Assembly: GCA_965205015.1 (NCBI GenBank)
Contig: OZ242029.1
Span: 4,800,001-4,864,000 of the forward strand
Source: Candidatus Poribacteria bacterium
GTDB lineage: Bacteria; Poribacteria; WGA-4E; WGA-3G
DNA: 64,000 nucleotides
Reading direction: 5' to 3'
Part shown: positions 49,029-59,695 of the stretch, piece by piece
Layout: every line of letters begins with the position of its first letter
How positions within the stretch are numbered: position 1 is the first letter of the stretch
Translations under genes and position numbers: made by a program
The notes under the pieces: generated by a model
The model's database searches: none
The model's input: only the letters and a program-made list of their open reading frames with translations
Told to the model about the DNA's origin: nothing

Positions 49029-49625
49029 TTAATCGAGATTCAGATGAGCGCGCGTCTGATCGAAAATATCGTCCCACATATAGAAGGGGATCCCCCAGCG
49101 ATATTCCAGCCGGTCGGGGATGTCTGTCTCACTCAAACGGATGATAAATTTCAGGGGTGATATTCCTCTGTGCACATACGCGTCCATCTCAACAATATAC
49201 AGTTGTTCCGGTTCGAGCGGTAAGGCTTTCACCTTCTCTGCATAACCCCGTGGCACTTTCCCGTACGTCAGAGAAGATACGGTGGGTGTCGTTAGCCATC
49301 CCCAAAGTGCAACAATGATCCTATCCGTATCAGGAAAGGTTGATCTCAGTTCCCAAACCGTTTGGCGATCCTCCTGTAGTGGCAAATCCAACTCCGATCG
49401 CTTCTTGTGTTCAGAGGAACATAGCACTTTCTCAACTTTAATACCGCCAATCTGCAATCGTTTTTGAAAATATTGATCTCCATATAGACAAAACGTCGGG
49501 TTCATCAATTTTGACCCCGAATCGATGGCGATATACCCAGGGAGAGGCGTGCAGCCAATGGAGACCAAGCAGCTGATGAGAATGCCAACGAGGGCAATAA
49601 TGGCAATACCGATTCTATTTTTCAT
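49029..49625 (-). CDS. Lipoprotein of unknown function
   Basis: MKNRIGIAII...SIGC; coupled to the upstream gene (TAATG). Confidence 0.7.
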   Translation of the reverse strand: MKNRIGIAIIALVGILISCLVSIGCTPLPGYIAIDSGSKLMNPTFCLYGDQYFQKRLQIGGIKVEKVLCSSEHKKRSELDLPLQEDRQTVWELRSTFPDTDRIIVALWGWLTTPTVSSLTYGKVPRGYAEKVKALPLEPEQLYIVEMDAYVHRGISPLKFIIRLSETDIPDRLEYRWGIPFYMWDDIFDQTRAHLNLD

Positions 49626-50245
49626 TAGGTTGTCTCCGGCGGGATCCACCTTTTCGCTTCAGCCGATTTGACTAAATCTCGCAAATAAAGCGGTGTGAAA
49701 CAATCAGCCTCTTCACCCTCTTTTAGTTTTTCTCTGTCAAATAATAAATAATAGAGATCCACATATCCTTGAAACAGATTGCACCCCTCTCCACCGAAAT
49801 ATTCATAGGGATTAATCTCACTTGTATTTTGGATCTCGAATTTTTCACAAAATGCCTCAAGCAGTTCATAACCATCGTCACCGGCTATCCCTAAGTCTAA
49901 TAATAACGTGTCTGGATTGAGTTTTTCCTCTGATGTCAGCCACTGCTCCGCCACGAAAGTTTTGACGCGAGCGTAAAGTTCGGGATCCATTTCTTCTCGC
50001 GGTTTTTTCTCCGTTTCCTCCTGTGGTTTCTCCTCCGTCAAGGAACTCTCACAGTATGGACACCTAATAGCCTTTTTTTCTATTGCTTTTGCACAGTTGG
50101 GACATTTCGGTGCTGAGAAAAGTTTCGAGAAAAATTCGTAGATAGATATAATTATCGTTGAAAAAACAGTGACAATCAGAGAAATGAAGAGAAACAGAAC
50201 CATCGCGCCACAAACAAGGATAAAAAAAGACTTAACGGATTCCAT
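49625..50245 (-). CDS. TM + zinc-ribbon + DUF1493-like protein
   Basis: CPNC..CPYC; DLGIAGDDGYELLEAF..F; YF..E; LRDLVKSAE...W. Confidence 0.7.
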   Translation of the reverse strand: MESVKSFFILVCGAMVLFLFISLIVTVFSTIIISIYEFFSKLFSAPKCPNCAKAIEKKAIRCPYCESSLTEEKPQEETEKKPREEMDPELYARVKTFVAEQWLTSEEKLNPDTLLLDLGIAGDDGYELLEAFCEKFEIQNTSEINPYEYFGGEGCNLFQGYVDLYYLLFDREKLKEGEEADCFTPLYLRDLVKSAEAKRWIPPETT

Positions 50246-50257
50246 TATAGTACATTC

Positions 50258-50770
50258 TCAAAAAATATAGAGCCAACCCACCATGAGACTGCACCCTGCG
50301 ACAGCACCCGCAGAGGCTGCTATCAGCTGTCTGGAGCGCATTTTCTTGCTGTAGGCATTGACGTAAGCCTTGATATATTCAGGGTGCTTCCCGATCAATC
50401 TTTCAATCGGCGGGTATGGCGGGGTGTTGTAGTGCTTAAGAAGCGCGAGAAAAAAAGGGGAGGACCCCACAGCAATAAGCGCGCAGCCCACTGCTTCTGG
50501 CATGTTAGGGTACATTTCATTAGCGATGCACCCCGTCATCAGCCCAGACATTCCGCCAGCGAAAAATGATCCTATCCCCATGCCAAAAGGTATAAGCACT
50601 GTCATAACCTTATCCGCATCCTTTTTCGCATCAGATCCCGCCTTAAGACGCAGCGCATTTACGTCTTCTCCCCCTAAAGGCTCTTGCGCGAAGGCAAGAA
50701 GTGGAACAACAAGCGTTAGCGAAAGTATTAAAAAGCAGCCTTTGTTGATGTGTCCCTTGATTTTTGTCAT
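50258..50770 (-). CDS. Membrane protein, paralogue of 50813-51316
   Basis: AFAQEP.GEDVNALRLKA; PPIE.LIGKHPEY. Confidence 0.75.
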   Translation of the reverse strand: MTKIKGHINKGCFLILSLTLVVPLLAFAQEPLGGEDVNALRLKAGSDAKKDADKVMTVLIPFGMGIGSFFAGGMSGLMTGCIANEMYPNMPEAVGCALIAVGSSPFFLALLKHYNTPPYPPIERLIGKHPEYIKAYVNAYSKKMRSRQLIAASAGAVAGCSLMVGWLYIF

Positions 50771-50812
50771 CAGTTGTAATCTTTTTTTGTTAAATTCTAT
50801 TGTGTAATATAA

Positions 50813-51316
50813 TCAGTGTAATGCAATGAATAATACATCTGCAAAAGTATACGCCCAAACCGTTATGAGACCGCATCCTGCAGCAGCACCCGCCGAGCCT
50901 GCGATCAGCTGTCTGAATCGCATTTTTTCCCTGTATGCCTCAACGTAAGCCCTGACATATTCAGGGTGTTTCCCAATCAATTTTTCAATCGGCGGGTGTG
51001 GAGGGGTGTCATAGCGTTCAAGCGCGAGTGCCATAGGTAAACACCCCGCAATAGTAAGTACAGTGCCCCCAACATCTGATTCGATAGAAGGCAATGCGCG
51101 AAACGTCATCAGCAGACACATTCCGCTAGCGAAAACTGATCCCATCCCCGTGATAAAAGGTGCTGGCTTTCTCATATCCTTATCTGCGTCCTTTTTTGCA
51201 TCAGATTCCGCTTTAAGACGCAGCGCATTTACGTCCTCTCCCCTGAAAGGCTCTTGCGCGAAGGCAAGAAGTGGCGCAATCAGCGTGAGCAAAAGTATTA
51301 AAAAGCAGCGTTTCAT
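50813..51316 (-). CDS. Membrane protein, paralogue of 50258-50770
   Basis: Same motifs as 50258-50770. Confidence 0.75.
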   Translation of the reverse strand: MKRCFLILLLTLIAPLLAFAQEPFRGEDVNALRLKAESDAKKDADKDMRKPAPFITGMGSVFASGMCLLMTFRALPSIESDVGGTVLTIAGCLPMALALERYDTPPHPPIEKLIGKHPEYVRAYVEAYREKMRFRQLIAGSAGAAAGCGLITVWAYTFADVLFIALH

Positions 51317-51414
51317 TTTCCCTACCTCCAGTTTTCAAGCAAACGTTCCACCTCAGCCTTGTGTGGTGAAAATGCTAACGCGGGCAATAATAGCAATACC
51401 GATTTTATCTTTCA

Positions 51415-51996
51415 TTACGTTGACTCTGGTGAGATCCATTTTTTTCCTTCAGCCGATTTGACTAAATCTCGCAAATAAAGCGGTCTCAGAGAATAATAAG
51501 GCTCATTTAGTTTTTCCCTGTTAAACACCCAGTAATAGAGCAAAACATATACGTAAAATGGGTCCGCCGCCTCTGGACCGAAATAGTCGTATGGCTCAAT
51601 CTCACTCATATTTTGGATCTCAAATGTTTCACAAAACGCCTCAAGCAGTTCATAGCCATCGTCACCCGCTATCCCTAAATCCTCGGCTAAGTGTGTGTCT
51701 GGCGTGAGTTCTTCTTCTGATACCCACGTTTGTTCTGCTATCAAAGCTTTGACGCGCGCGTAAAGTGCGGGATCTATTTCTTCTTGAGGTCGTTTCTCTC
51801 CGAGCGCACTCCGACAGTGTGGACACCTGATAGTCTCTTTTCCTACCCTTTTTGTACAGGTAGGGCATTTCGGGCGCGAGAAAAGGTAGTATAAAGTTCC
51901 TATCACCATATAAAGAACATTAACGGCAGCCGTAATACCGCAAAACAGAAGCCCCGCAAGGCAAAGATAAAGAAGAACAAACTCAACAGATTCCAT
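51415..51996 (-). CDS. TM + zinc-ribbon + DUF1493-like protein
   Basis: Paralogue of 49625-50245. Confidence 0.7.
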   Translation of the reverse strand: MESVEFVLLYLCLAGLLFCGITAAVNVLYMVIGTLYYLFSRPKCPTCTKRVGKETIRCPHCRSALGEKRPQEEIDPALYARVKALIAEQTWVSEEELTPDTHLAEDLGIAGDDGYELLEAFCETFEIQNMSEIEPYDYFGPEAADPFYVYVLLYYWVFNREKLNEPYYSLRPLYLRDLVKSAEGKKWISPEST

Positions 51997-52075
51997 CTAT
52001 GTCCCGCTCCGTTACTTGACCCTCCGATAAAATAACGTGAGTCCGATCTAACATTAGCGAAGTCCGACACGGTTT

Positions 52076-52552
52076 TCAATCCAGTCCAGCCACATTTCCA
52101 AATCTATCTCTTGTGAAGACAACACCGTTCCCTTCAACTATACTTAAGGCAGCACCGCCTTTCCCAGCCGCAGAAAAAATGGTTACGCCTCCACCCTCTG
52201 TGCCAATTGTGAGACTCGCTCCAGCATTCCCCTGTTTACCGGTAACGCCTACAATTCCACCCAACTTGCCAATCTGAAGACCCGCACCGGCAGGAGCACG
52301 TATCCCTCCCAGGCCGTAACACGATACCCTTCCACCATTTTCATCCACAGAGATAATAACTCGCGGCTCCCCATTGTCTGCAATCACGGTTATGTCTTCA
52401 AGCACAGTTAACCTCCGGACAATCAATTCATCAATCGTTTCAGACCCAGATTGTGCTTCGGTATTCTCGTTCATGTTTCCCAATACAAATCCGGCTAAGG
52501 CTATTAACGCACCCAAAGCCATATATTTCAACTTTTCACGTAATCTAAGCAT
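52076..52552 (-). CDS. Hypothetical membrane-anchored Gly-rich beta-repeat protein
   Basis: RBS AAGGAG; N-terminal TM; repeated L.I...GG.V. Confidence 0.7.
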   Translation of the reverse strand: MLRLREKLKYMALGALIALAGFVLGNMNENTEAQSGSETIDELIVRRLTVLEDITVIADNGEPRVIISVDENGGRVSCYGLGGIRAPAGAGLQIGKLGGIVGVTGKQGNAGASLTIGTEGGGVTIFSAAGKGGAALSIVEGNGVVFTRDRFGNVAGLD

Positions 52553-52633
52553 TATAGATTCTCCTTTTTATGAAACCGTGCGTAGGTTTAAAATTATCTG
52601 CTGCCATGTGTATTGCAGATGGTAATCCGTACC

Positions 52634-54667
52634 TCACTGGGGTTTGCCGAGGGCTCCAGCGATCTGAACTAAGTCTTGAATGTTGACGACCCCATCGCCA
52701 TTGACATCCGCGGTGTTTTGTGCTGCCTTGCCGAGGTGTGCTGCGACGAACACAAGGTCTTGGATGTTGACGACCCCATCGCCGTTGACATCCGCCGTGC
52801 GTCGCTGAGGTTTAGGTGGCGTCAGTTCCCACAGGAGCACCGTGCCATCCCCACTGCCACTGGCGAGTATATTGCCATCAGGACTCAACGATATGCTCGC
52901 AACACTCCCCTTATGCCCTGTGAGGGTGCGTATGTGATTTCCTGTCTCTACATCCCATAGACGGATAGTGCCGTCTTGACCGCCACTGACGAGGGTCGTG
53001 CCATCAGGACTAAACGATACACTCTCGACAGCAGCTATATGCCCTGTGAGAGTGCGTATGTGATTTCCTGTCTCTATATCCCATAAACGGGCAGTGCCGT
53101 CCTCACCCCCACTGGCGAGCGTCGTGCCATCGGGACTAAATGACACACTCTCGACAGCACTCGTGTGCCCGCCAAGTGTTCGGAGCTGCTTCCCTGTTTC
53201 TACATCCCAGAGACGGGCGGTGCCGTCTCCACTCCCACTGGCGAGCGTCGTGCCATTGTGACTAAATGACACGTCCAGGACACTATCTGCATGCCCTATG
53301 AGGGTGCGTATGTGATTTCCTGTCTCGACATTCCATAAACGGATAGTGCCGTCTCCACTCCCACTGGCGAGGGTCGTGCCATCGGGACTAAATGATACGC
53401 TATAGACGTGCCATTCATGCCCTTCAAACGTCCGAAACTGCCTCCCTGTTGCTACATCCCAGAGATGGACAGTAGCATTCGGATCTCCACCTGCGAGGGT
53501 CGTGCCATCGGGACTAAACGATACGCTATAGATGTACCATTCATGCCCTCCAAACGTCTGGAACTGCTTCCCTGTTGCTACATCCCAGAGACGGATGGCA
53601 TCCCCCAACTCCACACTGGCGAGGGTGCTACCATCAGGACTCAACGACACGCCATTGATAGACAATGTATATCCTTTAAGCGTCTGGGATTGCTTTCCCG
53701 TCGCTACATCCCAGAGACGGATGGTGCCGTCATCACCACCGCTGGCGAGGGTGCCGCCATCAGGACTAAACAACACGCTATAAACCTCACTCGTATGTCC
53801 TTCAAGTATCTGGAGCTGCTTCCCCGTTGCCACATCCCATAGACGGACAGTATTATCCTGACTCCCGCTGGCGAGGGTGCTACCATCAGGACTCAACGAC
53901 ACGCTATAGACTTCACTCGTATGTCCTTCGAGTATCTGGAGTTGCTTCCCCGTCGCTATATCCCATAGACGGACGGTGCCATCTCCGCTCCCGCTGGCGA
54001 GTGTCGTGCTATCGGGACTAAACGACGCACTCGTAATCCAACCCGTATGTCCTTCAAACATTTGGATTTCCTGTCCTGTCTCTACATTCCATAGATGGAT
54101 GGCATCCTCAAAATCTGCGCTGACGACCCTGCTCCCATCAGGACTCAACGACACGCTCTGGATATACCATATATGCTCTTCAAGTATCTGGAGCTGCTCC
54201 CCCGTCGCTACATCCCATAGACGGATATCCCAACTTGCACTGGCGAGTGTTGTGCCATCGGAACTAAACGACATACTCCCAACCCAACTCGTATGTCCTT
54301 CAAGTGTTCGGAGCTGCTTCCCTGTTGCTACATCCCATAGGTGGACGGTGCCATCCGCGCCCCCGCTGGCGAGGATCGTGCCATCGGGACTAAATGCGAG
54401 ACTCACAACCCAACTCGTATGACCCGTGAACAGATTAAGTGCTTCGTTGGTCACGGTATCGTAGATCCAAATACCGATAGAACCCGCAACCGCCAAACGC
54501 GTTCCGTCCGGAGAATACGCAATCTCCGTTATAAATCCTTTACCGAGGCGAGCCTTGGCACCTTCAGGTAAACCCCATTGTGTGTGGTCTTGTGCGAACG
54601 TGATTGCTGAAAAAATGAAGGAAGCACAAAATAGTGGACAAGCAATCAAAAACAGCCTGTTTTTCAT
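52634..54667 (-). CDS. Secreted WD40-repeat protein with C-terminal dockerin-like domain
   Basis: WGLPEGAKARLGKG; ~14 GH..V.S.SFSPDG..LASG..D.T..LWD repeats; 2x DVNGDGVVNIQDLV. Confidence 0.9.
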   Translation of the reverse strand: MKNRLFLIACPLFCASFIFSAITFAQDHTQWGLPEGAKARLGKGFITEIAYSPDGTRLAVAGSIGIWIYDTVTNEALNLFTGHTSWVVSLAFSPDGTILASGGADGTVHLWDVATGKQLRTLEGHTSWVGSMSFSSDGTTLASASWDIRLWDVATGEQLQILEEHIWYIQSVSLSPDGSRVVSADFEDAIHLWNVETGQEIQMFEGHTGWITSASFSPDSTTLASGSGDGTVRLWDIATGKQLQILEGHTSEVYSVSLSPDGSTLASGSQDNTVRLWDVATGKQLQILEGHTSEVYSVLFSPDGGTLASGGDDGTIRLWDVATGKQSQTLKGYTLSINGVSLSPDGSTLASVELGDAIRLWDVATGKQFQTFGGHEWYIYSVSFSPDGTTLAGGDPNATVHLWDVATGRQFRTFEGHEWHVYSVSFSPDGTTLASGSGDGTIRLWNVETGNHIRTLIGHADSVLDVSFSHNGTTLASGSGDGTARLWDVETGKQLRTLGGHTSAVESVSFSPDGTTLASGGEDGTARLWDIETGNHIRTLTGHIAAVESVSFSPDGTTLVSGGQDGTIRLWDVETGNHIRTLTGHKGSVASISLSPDGNILASGSGDGTVLLWELTPPKPQRRTADVNGDGVVNIQDLVFVAAHLGKAAQNTADVNGDGVVNIQDLVQIAGALGKPQ

Positions 54668-54774
54668 GAAAATTTTCCTTTTGTGTTGTCTCATGCCAAT
54701 AGATATAAAAATGCATCTGGACTTCAGGCAACGGAAACCAAGAAGCAGCCTGATTTATTTTGGTGGTCTATTTT

Positions 54775-55515
54775 TTATCGCCACGCACACCAAGCCCTAT
54801 CAAAGTAGCCCACATCCGGAAACGCATACGGAGCGGGTTCAACATTCTCCCGTTCGCTCTTGTCTCGGCGCCGACAGCGAACTCTATGTCCTCCATCGAG
54901 TTGTTTCCAATAGGTCGCCTGCCACGGCGTAACATAATCCCATTCAACTGACTCTAAAATCACCTCCATTTGTTGATAGAAACACATAGATTCCATGTAG
55001 GCTTCAAGCCAATTTTTATCTCCACAAATCAGTTCCCACATTTCATATTCACCTTCCTCATCTTCTGGCCGAGAACTTCCGGCTATGTATTTTTGCCAGT
55101 CAGGTGCGGCGAAGGCTTCCCATTGCGCGCCGCCTTCTTGCGTCAGTCCATAGGACGTGATTTTTCTCACATCTACAGGTTCCGTGCGCGGGGGTTTGGA
55201 TTCATCCGGGACAGTTTCGATGTCTCCGTCAGGTGAAATAAAGACGTGGTGGGTGTCCCAGGGTACCCGTTGCTCCAAAGCGAGTTCGATTTGTTCCTTC
55301 GTTGAGATAGACCCTGCCATCTCGCTGCTGGCATAAATTAGCCCCGAAGAGAGCAATTGATAGAAGGTTTCAACCAGTGATGCGCGTGTTAACCCATGCC
55401 CTTTTTTATTCCAGAATGCTTCAAAGTTGCTGTCAATGAGTGCACATACTTCAAATTCACGCTCAACAACAGTTTCCAGTAGCCAATACTCACCGCGTGT
55501 AAATCGTGGTTCCAT
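54775..55515 (-). CDS. Hypothetical acidic, Trp-rich protein
   Basis: 246-aa ORF co-oriented with its neighbours. Confidence 0.65.
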   Translation of the reverse strand: MEPRFTRGEYWLLETVVEREFEVCALIDSNFEAFWNKKGHGLTRASLVETFYQLLSSGLIYASSEMAGSISTKEQIELALEQRVPWDTHHVFISPDGDIETVPDESKPPRTEPVDVRKITSYGLTQEGGAQWEAFAAPDWQKYIAGSSRPEDEEGEYEMWELICGDKNWLEAYMESMCFYQQMEVILESVEWDYVTPWQATYWKQLDGGHRVRCRRRDKSERENVEPAPYAFPDVGYFDRAWCAWR

Positions 55516-55534
55516 GTTGTAGTTTCTTTCTTAT

Positions 55535-58500
55535 CTACTTCCGAATTAGCATTTTTCGTGTTGCTGTGAAATCACCCGCTGTGAGCGTGTAGAGATAGAC
55601 GCCACTCGCCACGGACTCACCTACGTCATTTCTGCCATCCCAATACACCGCTCGACCCCGGCTCTGATAGATACCAGCAGGTGTTTGTCCCAACGCCAAT
55701 GTCCGAACCAATACCCCAGCTACAGAATAGATACGCAACGTGACCGCTGCAGGTTCTGACAACCGATACGGTATCCACGTCTCTGGATTGAATGGATTGG
55801 GATAGTTAGGCAGCAACGCCGTTTCTTCTGGCATCAGCCAGGCTAAAAGACTTCGAAGGTAAGCGATACCCTCTCGGAAGGCGACAGAGCCGTCATCTTC
55901 AACTTTCGCACGTTCTATCCACGCCTGTATCATCGCAGGATCCAATCCCTCTATGTCATCTACAGATAGCATCGAGGGGGCAGCTGAGGCGGTTGATTCA
56001 CCCATGTGCTGTGCTACGAGAATTAAGTCCAAGATACTGACGACTCCGTCGCGGTTTACGTCAACTTTAGAGGTGGCAGACGCAGCGGATCCCATGTGCT
56101 GCGCAACAAGAATTAGATCCAAAATACTGACCTGTCCATCCGCATTCACATCCCAAAGCGGTTGAGACCCCACTGTGATGATAAGATCACGCATGCCAGC
56201 AGGAATCACTTCACCCGCGGTCGATCCGAGTCGGAAGTCCTGCAGTGCTATTTGGCTGTTCCCTTCTGCCTTCGCAGAGAATACCACTGACAACAGTCTC
56301 CCAGTCCCTGCGACACCACCTTTGGAAATCAGTGCCGAACTTAAGCCTGTAATTTTACCCACAGTGTTATCAATCGTACCTTTCTGAAAGAAAGTCGTTC
56401 CACCACCCTTCTTCAGAAAATCACCTTCCTTCACTTCAACGACTTCAAGTACAGTAGGGTCAAACGTAAGATTAAACTGCCATCCTGCTAAATCCGCAAC
56501 CTTTTCGGCGTTGACGTGGACGGTAAAAGTATCCCCGACGCGAACACTTGGGGTATCCGTCGAAAACGTGAAACCGGTTCCGGGGGATATCACCGCATAT
56601 TGCGTGCCGGGTTCAAATCCGAAATAGCCACTAAATTCCCCACCGGCATCATAGACAGCAACCAATAATATATTTATTCCTTGTTTCAGCGTGACGGGCG
56701 CATAACTTTGATAATCACGAGCCCACACCCAGCTAAGGTTCTCGTGAACGAACTCCCCATTGAGCCAGACCTTATGGACAATATCGCTTCCGGCAAATAT
56801 CCGTGTTTGCTGTTCACGCGGCGAATATACGGTGAGGGAACCATAAACGACATTCCTTACATCCCTGTCTCCCTCCATACCAATAGCATTTAGCATTACG
56901 CGGATATTATCTCCTTCCGAGGGTGCAATTTTGTGCGATGTCCATACATTTCCCCCGACAGGACTTCCTTCTGTCGCCCCGCTTGTTGCGATTTCCAGTT
57001 CTGTCACAACACCGTTACTCGCTTGTGAAAGCAAATCCACGTCATCCCAAAAACCGGCTCCCGGCACCAACATCCATAACCAGGGGCCCTCTATTTTCGG
57101 ACCGCCCTGCGGGAAACCTGGATTGCTGAACGAATGGATTTCTGTATTCTCGCGTAACCCATCCAAGGGCGAGAGATCCGAGATGTTGTTCTGCTGAAGT
57201 TGCAACTGTTCCAAGTCGTGTAAATTTGCGAGAGGCGATACATCCGATATCTTATTCCGCGCCAGATTTAACGCTTTAAGATTTTTCAAAGATGCCAAAG
57301 ATGAGATGTCCGATATACGGTTGCCCTGTATTGCAAGCCATTCTAAATTAATCAATCCTCCCAGGGGTGAAACATCCGACACACCACTGGAATTAACACC
57401 TAATCTTACCAAGCTTTTTAATCCTTTTAAAGGTGAGAGATCAAGCTCTTTAGAGGCGTAAGTTTCCAGTCTTTTCAAATTTATGAGTCCTGCCAAGGGC
57501 GATAAATCAGATACCGGGCTGTTCTTAAATTCTAACCATTTGAGTTTCGTTAATCCTGATAGTGGGGAGAGGTCTGAGATGGATGTCTTCCAAAACCCTA
57601 CCCCCTCTAAGTTAACCAAATCTGCCAACGGAGATAGATCCGACAGAGATTCACCAGAAAGTCTTACTTCTTTGAGTGTTGTTAACCCGGATAGAGCGGA
57701 TAAATCAGAGAGCGGATTCCCGCGAAGATTAAGTTCTATCAGATCTACTGCAAACTGAAGCCCCTCCAAATCCTGAATATCCATTCCATCTGCATCAAGG
57801 TGTATCAAAGTCGCCATGTCCTCCGCTGTAATCGCAACGCCGGGTATTTTGCCGAGTGTTTCTGCGATTGCAGCGCGAAGGTTTACGTCAGGGATGTGAA
57901 CGGACTCTCCAGGGATGCGTTCCGTCCTCGGAACAACCGGCTTAACGATAGTGCTGTCAGGAGAATTCAGCGTCACAACGATTTCATTGAAATTCGATGT
58001 CCAGGTATCCCTTTTCACACTTCCACTCGCACCTGTCAGCACTCCCAAGCCTAAGTTTTTTAGATTCGCATTCTCGCGAACCTTTTGGAGGAGATCCGCC
58101 GTTTCTAACCCTACTGCGGCAGCCGCATGTGCCGCAGCAACCGGTCTTTGAAACGCCTCGTGGAACCGCTGAACGGGTTCAATACCACCGAAGACATCAC
58201 CTGTTTTTTCGAGTGCTTGCCGGTAACGAGCGGTATCCTCTTCTAAGAACTCGTCCATCTCCGCCTTCTCTGCATAGAGGCGTAACGCCCGCTCCTTGTT
58301 AAAGGGTGGATTCGCATTCTGTTCAACAACATCCCGCACCTCATCTTCAAACACCTTCATTCCCTCTGTATGACATCCGATGCAGGAGAGACCATTCCGG
58401 ACGGTTGGATCGCTCGCCGCGGGGTTTCGGACAATCTTTATCGGTGCTGCATCAAGCCGGTTGCCACCAGCATCCACCAGATAGTACGCCTGCAAACCGT

Positions 58501-59602
58501 TGGGCAGGTTGAAGATAATCTCACCCCCATCGTGTCTGAAGGAGAGCGGATGGGTAAAAACATTCTGCGTCCCCACGCTTCCAGCGAAGTCGTAACTTTT
58601 CCAATACGCCCCATACCGTGAGGTGTGCCGTTCGACAACACGGTTGTTACTCGATACACCCGAATTATTGAAACCCGCACGCCAGACGCGTCTGCCTGCT
58701 GCGTTCCGAATATTTTCGACAACGTTCACTTCAAGCCGTGTCTCTAACTCCGCAACCGTCTGTGGAAGGTCCAAGATGTCATGATAGAGTGGCGGTACGG
58801 AGGCAGTTGCGATAAACCAATCCACATGAACGAACGGCACCTCGCAATCCATCTGTTCGCGAAGATCGGTTAATTTTTCACGCAGCCGCGTCTGTGTCGG
58901 TGCATCGAACTCAATACGGTATGGATACACCTGTTCAACCAGCGTCCAGCGGTTGACTCCAATCTCCCATTCGTAGTCTCGGAGGTCAATATAGAAGATT
59001 GTTTCTTCCCGATCAATGGGTTGTGGTCTGATAACCTCGCGTCCCCAAGAGAGACTATTCACAAGTTTCGAGAGTGCCCGTTGATAGGCGTGGAGTGCCT
59101 CCACACTCTCACCGGCATTGTAGAGATGCGTCATCGTAAAATAGCGTGTGAAGGCACGGTCAAACGATGATAGTGAGTTGACGTGCGTCTCAATCGTTTC
59201 AAGCATTTCCGTGGGAGTAATAAAGTCAGTATCTCGTTCTGGCATCTGCCAATCCGGCGCGCCTGCTTGAATCCAGTTGCCAATCGTCAGAATCGCAGCG
59301 GCGGGAAGTTGGGGTTGACCCAGCGGCATCCGTTTGACTGGATCTTTTGTGAGGAGTCGCTTATAGAGTTCGGACGCAATTGGTTTTCCCGGAACAACAG
59401 CACCCGTTTCGATGAGTGCCGTGTGCGCAATAATAAGATTCTCGGTGTAGGCACCATGTTCTCCATGGCAGTTGAGACAATTTTGCGCAAAGATAGCATA
59501 TGCCTGTTGGGCGAGATTCTCTTGGGCGTCAGTATTTTTGAGTCCTAAAATGATAAGTGCTAAAACAATTAGAAGGATATATTTTTCTTTGCGTTTCATC
59601 AA
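55535..59602 (-). CDS. Secreted multidomain protein: two c-type haem motifs, LRRs, cohesin, dockerin, FlgD/T9SS-like C-terminal domain
   Basis: CLNCH and CIGCH; internalin-like SDLSPL repeats; DLAGWQF..FDP cohesin-like; DVN.DG.VSILDL x2; NYPNPFNPETWIPY...TRKMLIRK. Confidence 0.85.
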   Translation of the reverse strand: MMKRKEKYILLIVLALIILGLKNTDAQENLAQQAYAIFAQNCLNCHGEHGAYTENLIIAHTALIETGAVVPGKPIASELYKRLLTKDPVKRMPLGQPQLPAAAILTIGNWIQAGAPDWQMPERDTDFITPTEMLETIETHVNSLSSFDRAFTRYFTMTHLYNAGESVEALHAYQRALSKLVNSLSWGREVIRPQPIDREETIFYIDLRDYEWEIGVNRWTLVEQVYPYRIEFDAPTQTRLREKLTDLREQMDCEVPFVHVDWFIATASVPPLYHDILDLPQTVAELETRLEVNVVENIRNAAGRRVWRAGFNNSGVSSNNRVVERHTSRYGAYWKSYDFAGSVGTQNVFTHPLSFRHDGGEIIFNLPNGLQAYYLVDAGGNRLDAAPIKIVRNPAASDPTVRNGLSCIGCHTEGMKVFEDEVRDVVEQNANPPFNKERALRLYAEKAEMDEFLEEDTARYRQALEKTGDVFGGIEPVQRFHEAFQRPVAAAHAAAAVGLETADLLQKVRENANLKNLGLGVLTGASGSVKRDTWTSNFNEIVVTLNSPDSTIVKPVVPRTERIPGESVHIPDVNLRAAIAETLGKIPGVAITAEDMATLIHLDADGMDIQDLEGLQFAVDLIELNLRGNPLSDLSALSGLTTLKEVRLSGESLSDLSPLADLVNLEGVGFWKTSISDLSPLSGLTKLKWLEFKNSPVSDLSPLAGLINLKRLETYASKELDLSPLKGLKSLVRLGVNSSGVSDVSPLGGLINLEWLAIQGNRISDISSLASLKNLKALNLARNKISDVSPLANLHDLEQLQLQQNNISDLSPLDGLRENTEIHSFSNPGFPQGGPKIEGPWLWMLVPGAGFWDDVDLLSQASNGVVTELEIATSGATEGSPVGGNVWTSHKIAPSEGDNIRVMLNAIGMEGDRDVRNVVYGSLTVYSPREQQTRIFAGSDIVHKVWLNGEFVHENLSWVWARDYQSYAPVTLKQGINILLVAVYDAGGEFSGYFGFEPGTQYAVISPGTGFTFSTDTPSVRVGDTFTVHVNAEKVADLAGWQFNLTFDPTVLEVVEVKEGDFLKKGGGTTFFQKGTIDNTVGKITGLSSALISKGGVAGTGRLLSVVFSAKAEGNSQIALQDFRLGSTAGEVIPAGMRDLIITVGSQPLWDVNADGQVSILDLILVAQHMGSAASATSKVDVNRDGVVSILDLILVAQHMGESTASAAPSMLSVDDIEGLDPAMIQAWIERAKVEDDGSVAFREGIAYLRSLLAWLMPEETALLPNYPNPFNPETWIPYRLSEPAAVTLRIYSVAGVLVRTLALGQTPAGIYQSRGRAVYWDGRNDVGESVASGVYLYTLTAGDFTATRKMLIRK

Positions 59603-59695
59603 TATCTTCGGGCTGGAAACCCCGTCTCCAGATAGCGGAGGAAGCCCGCTCCTTTCTCCTTTGACAAATGTCGCCCTTAGGACAGGGTGCTTGCC

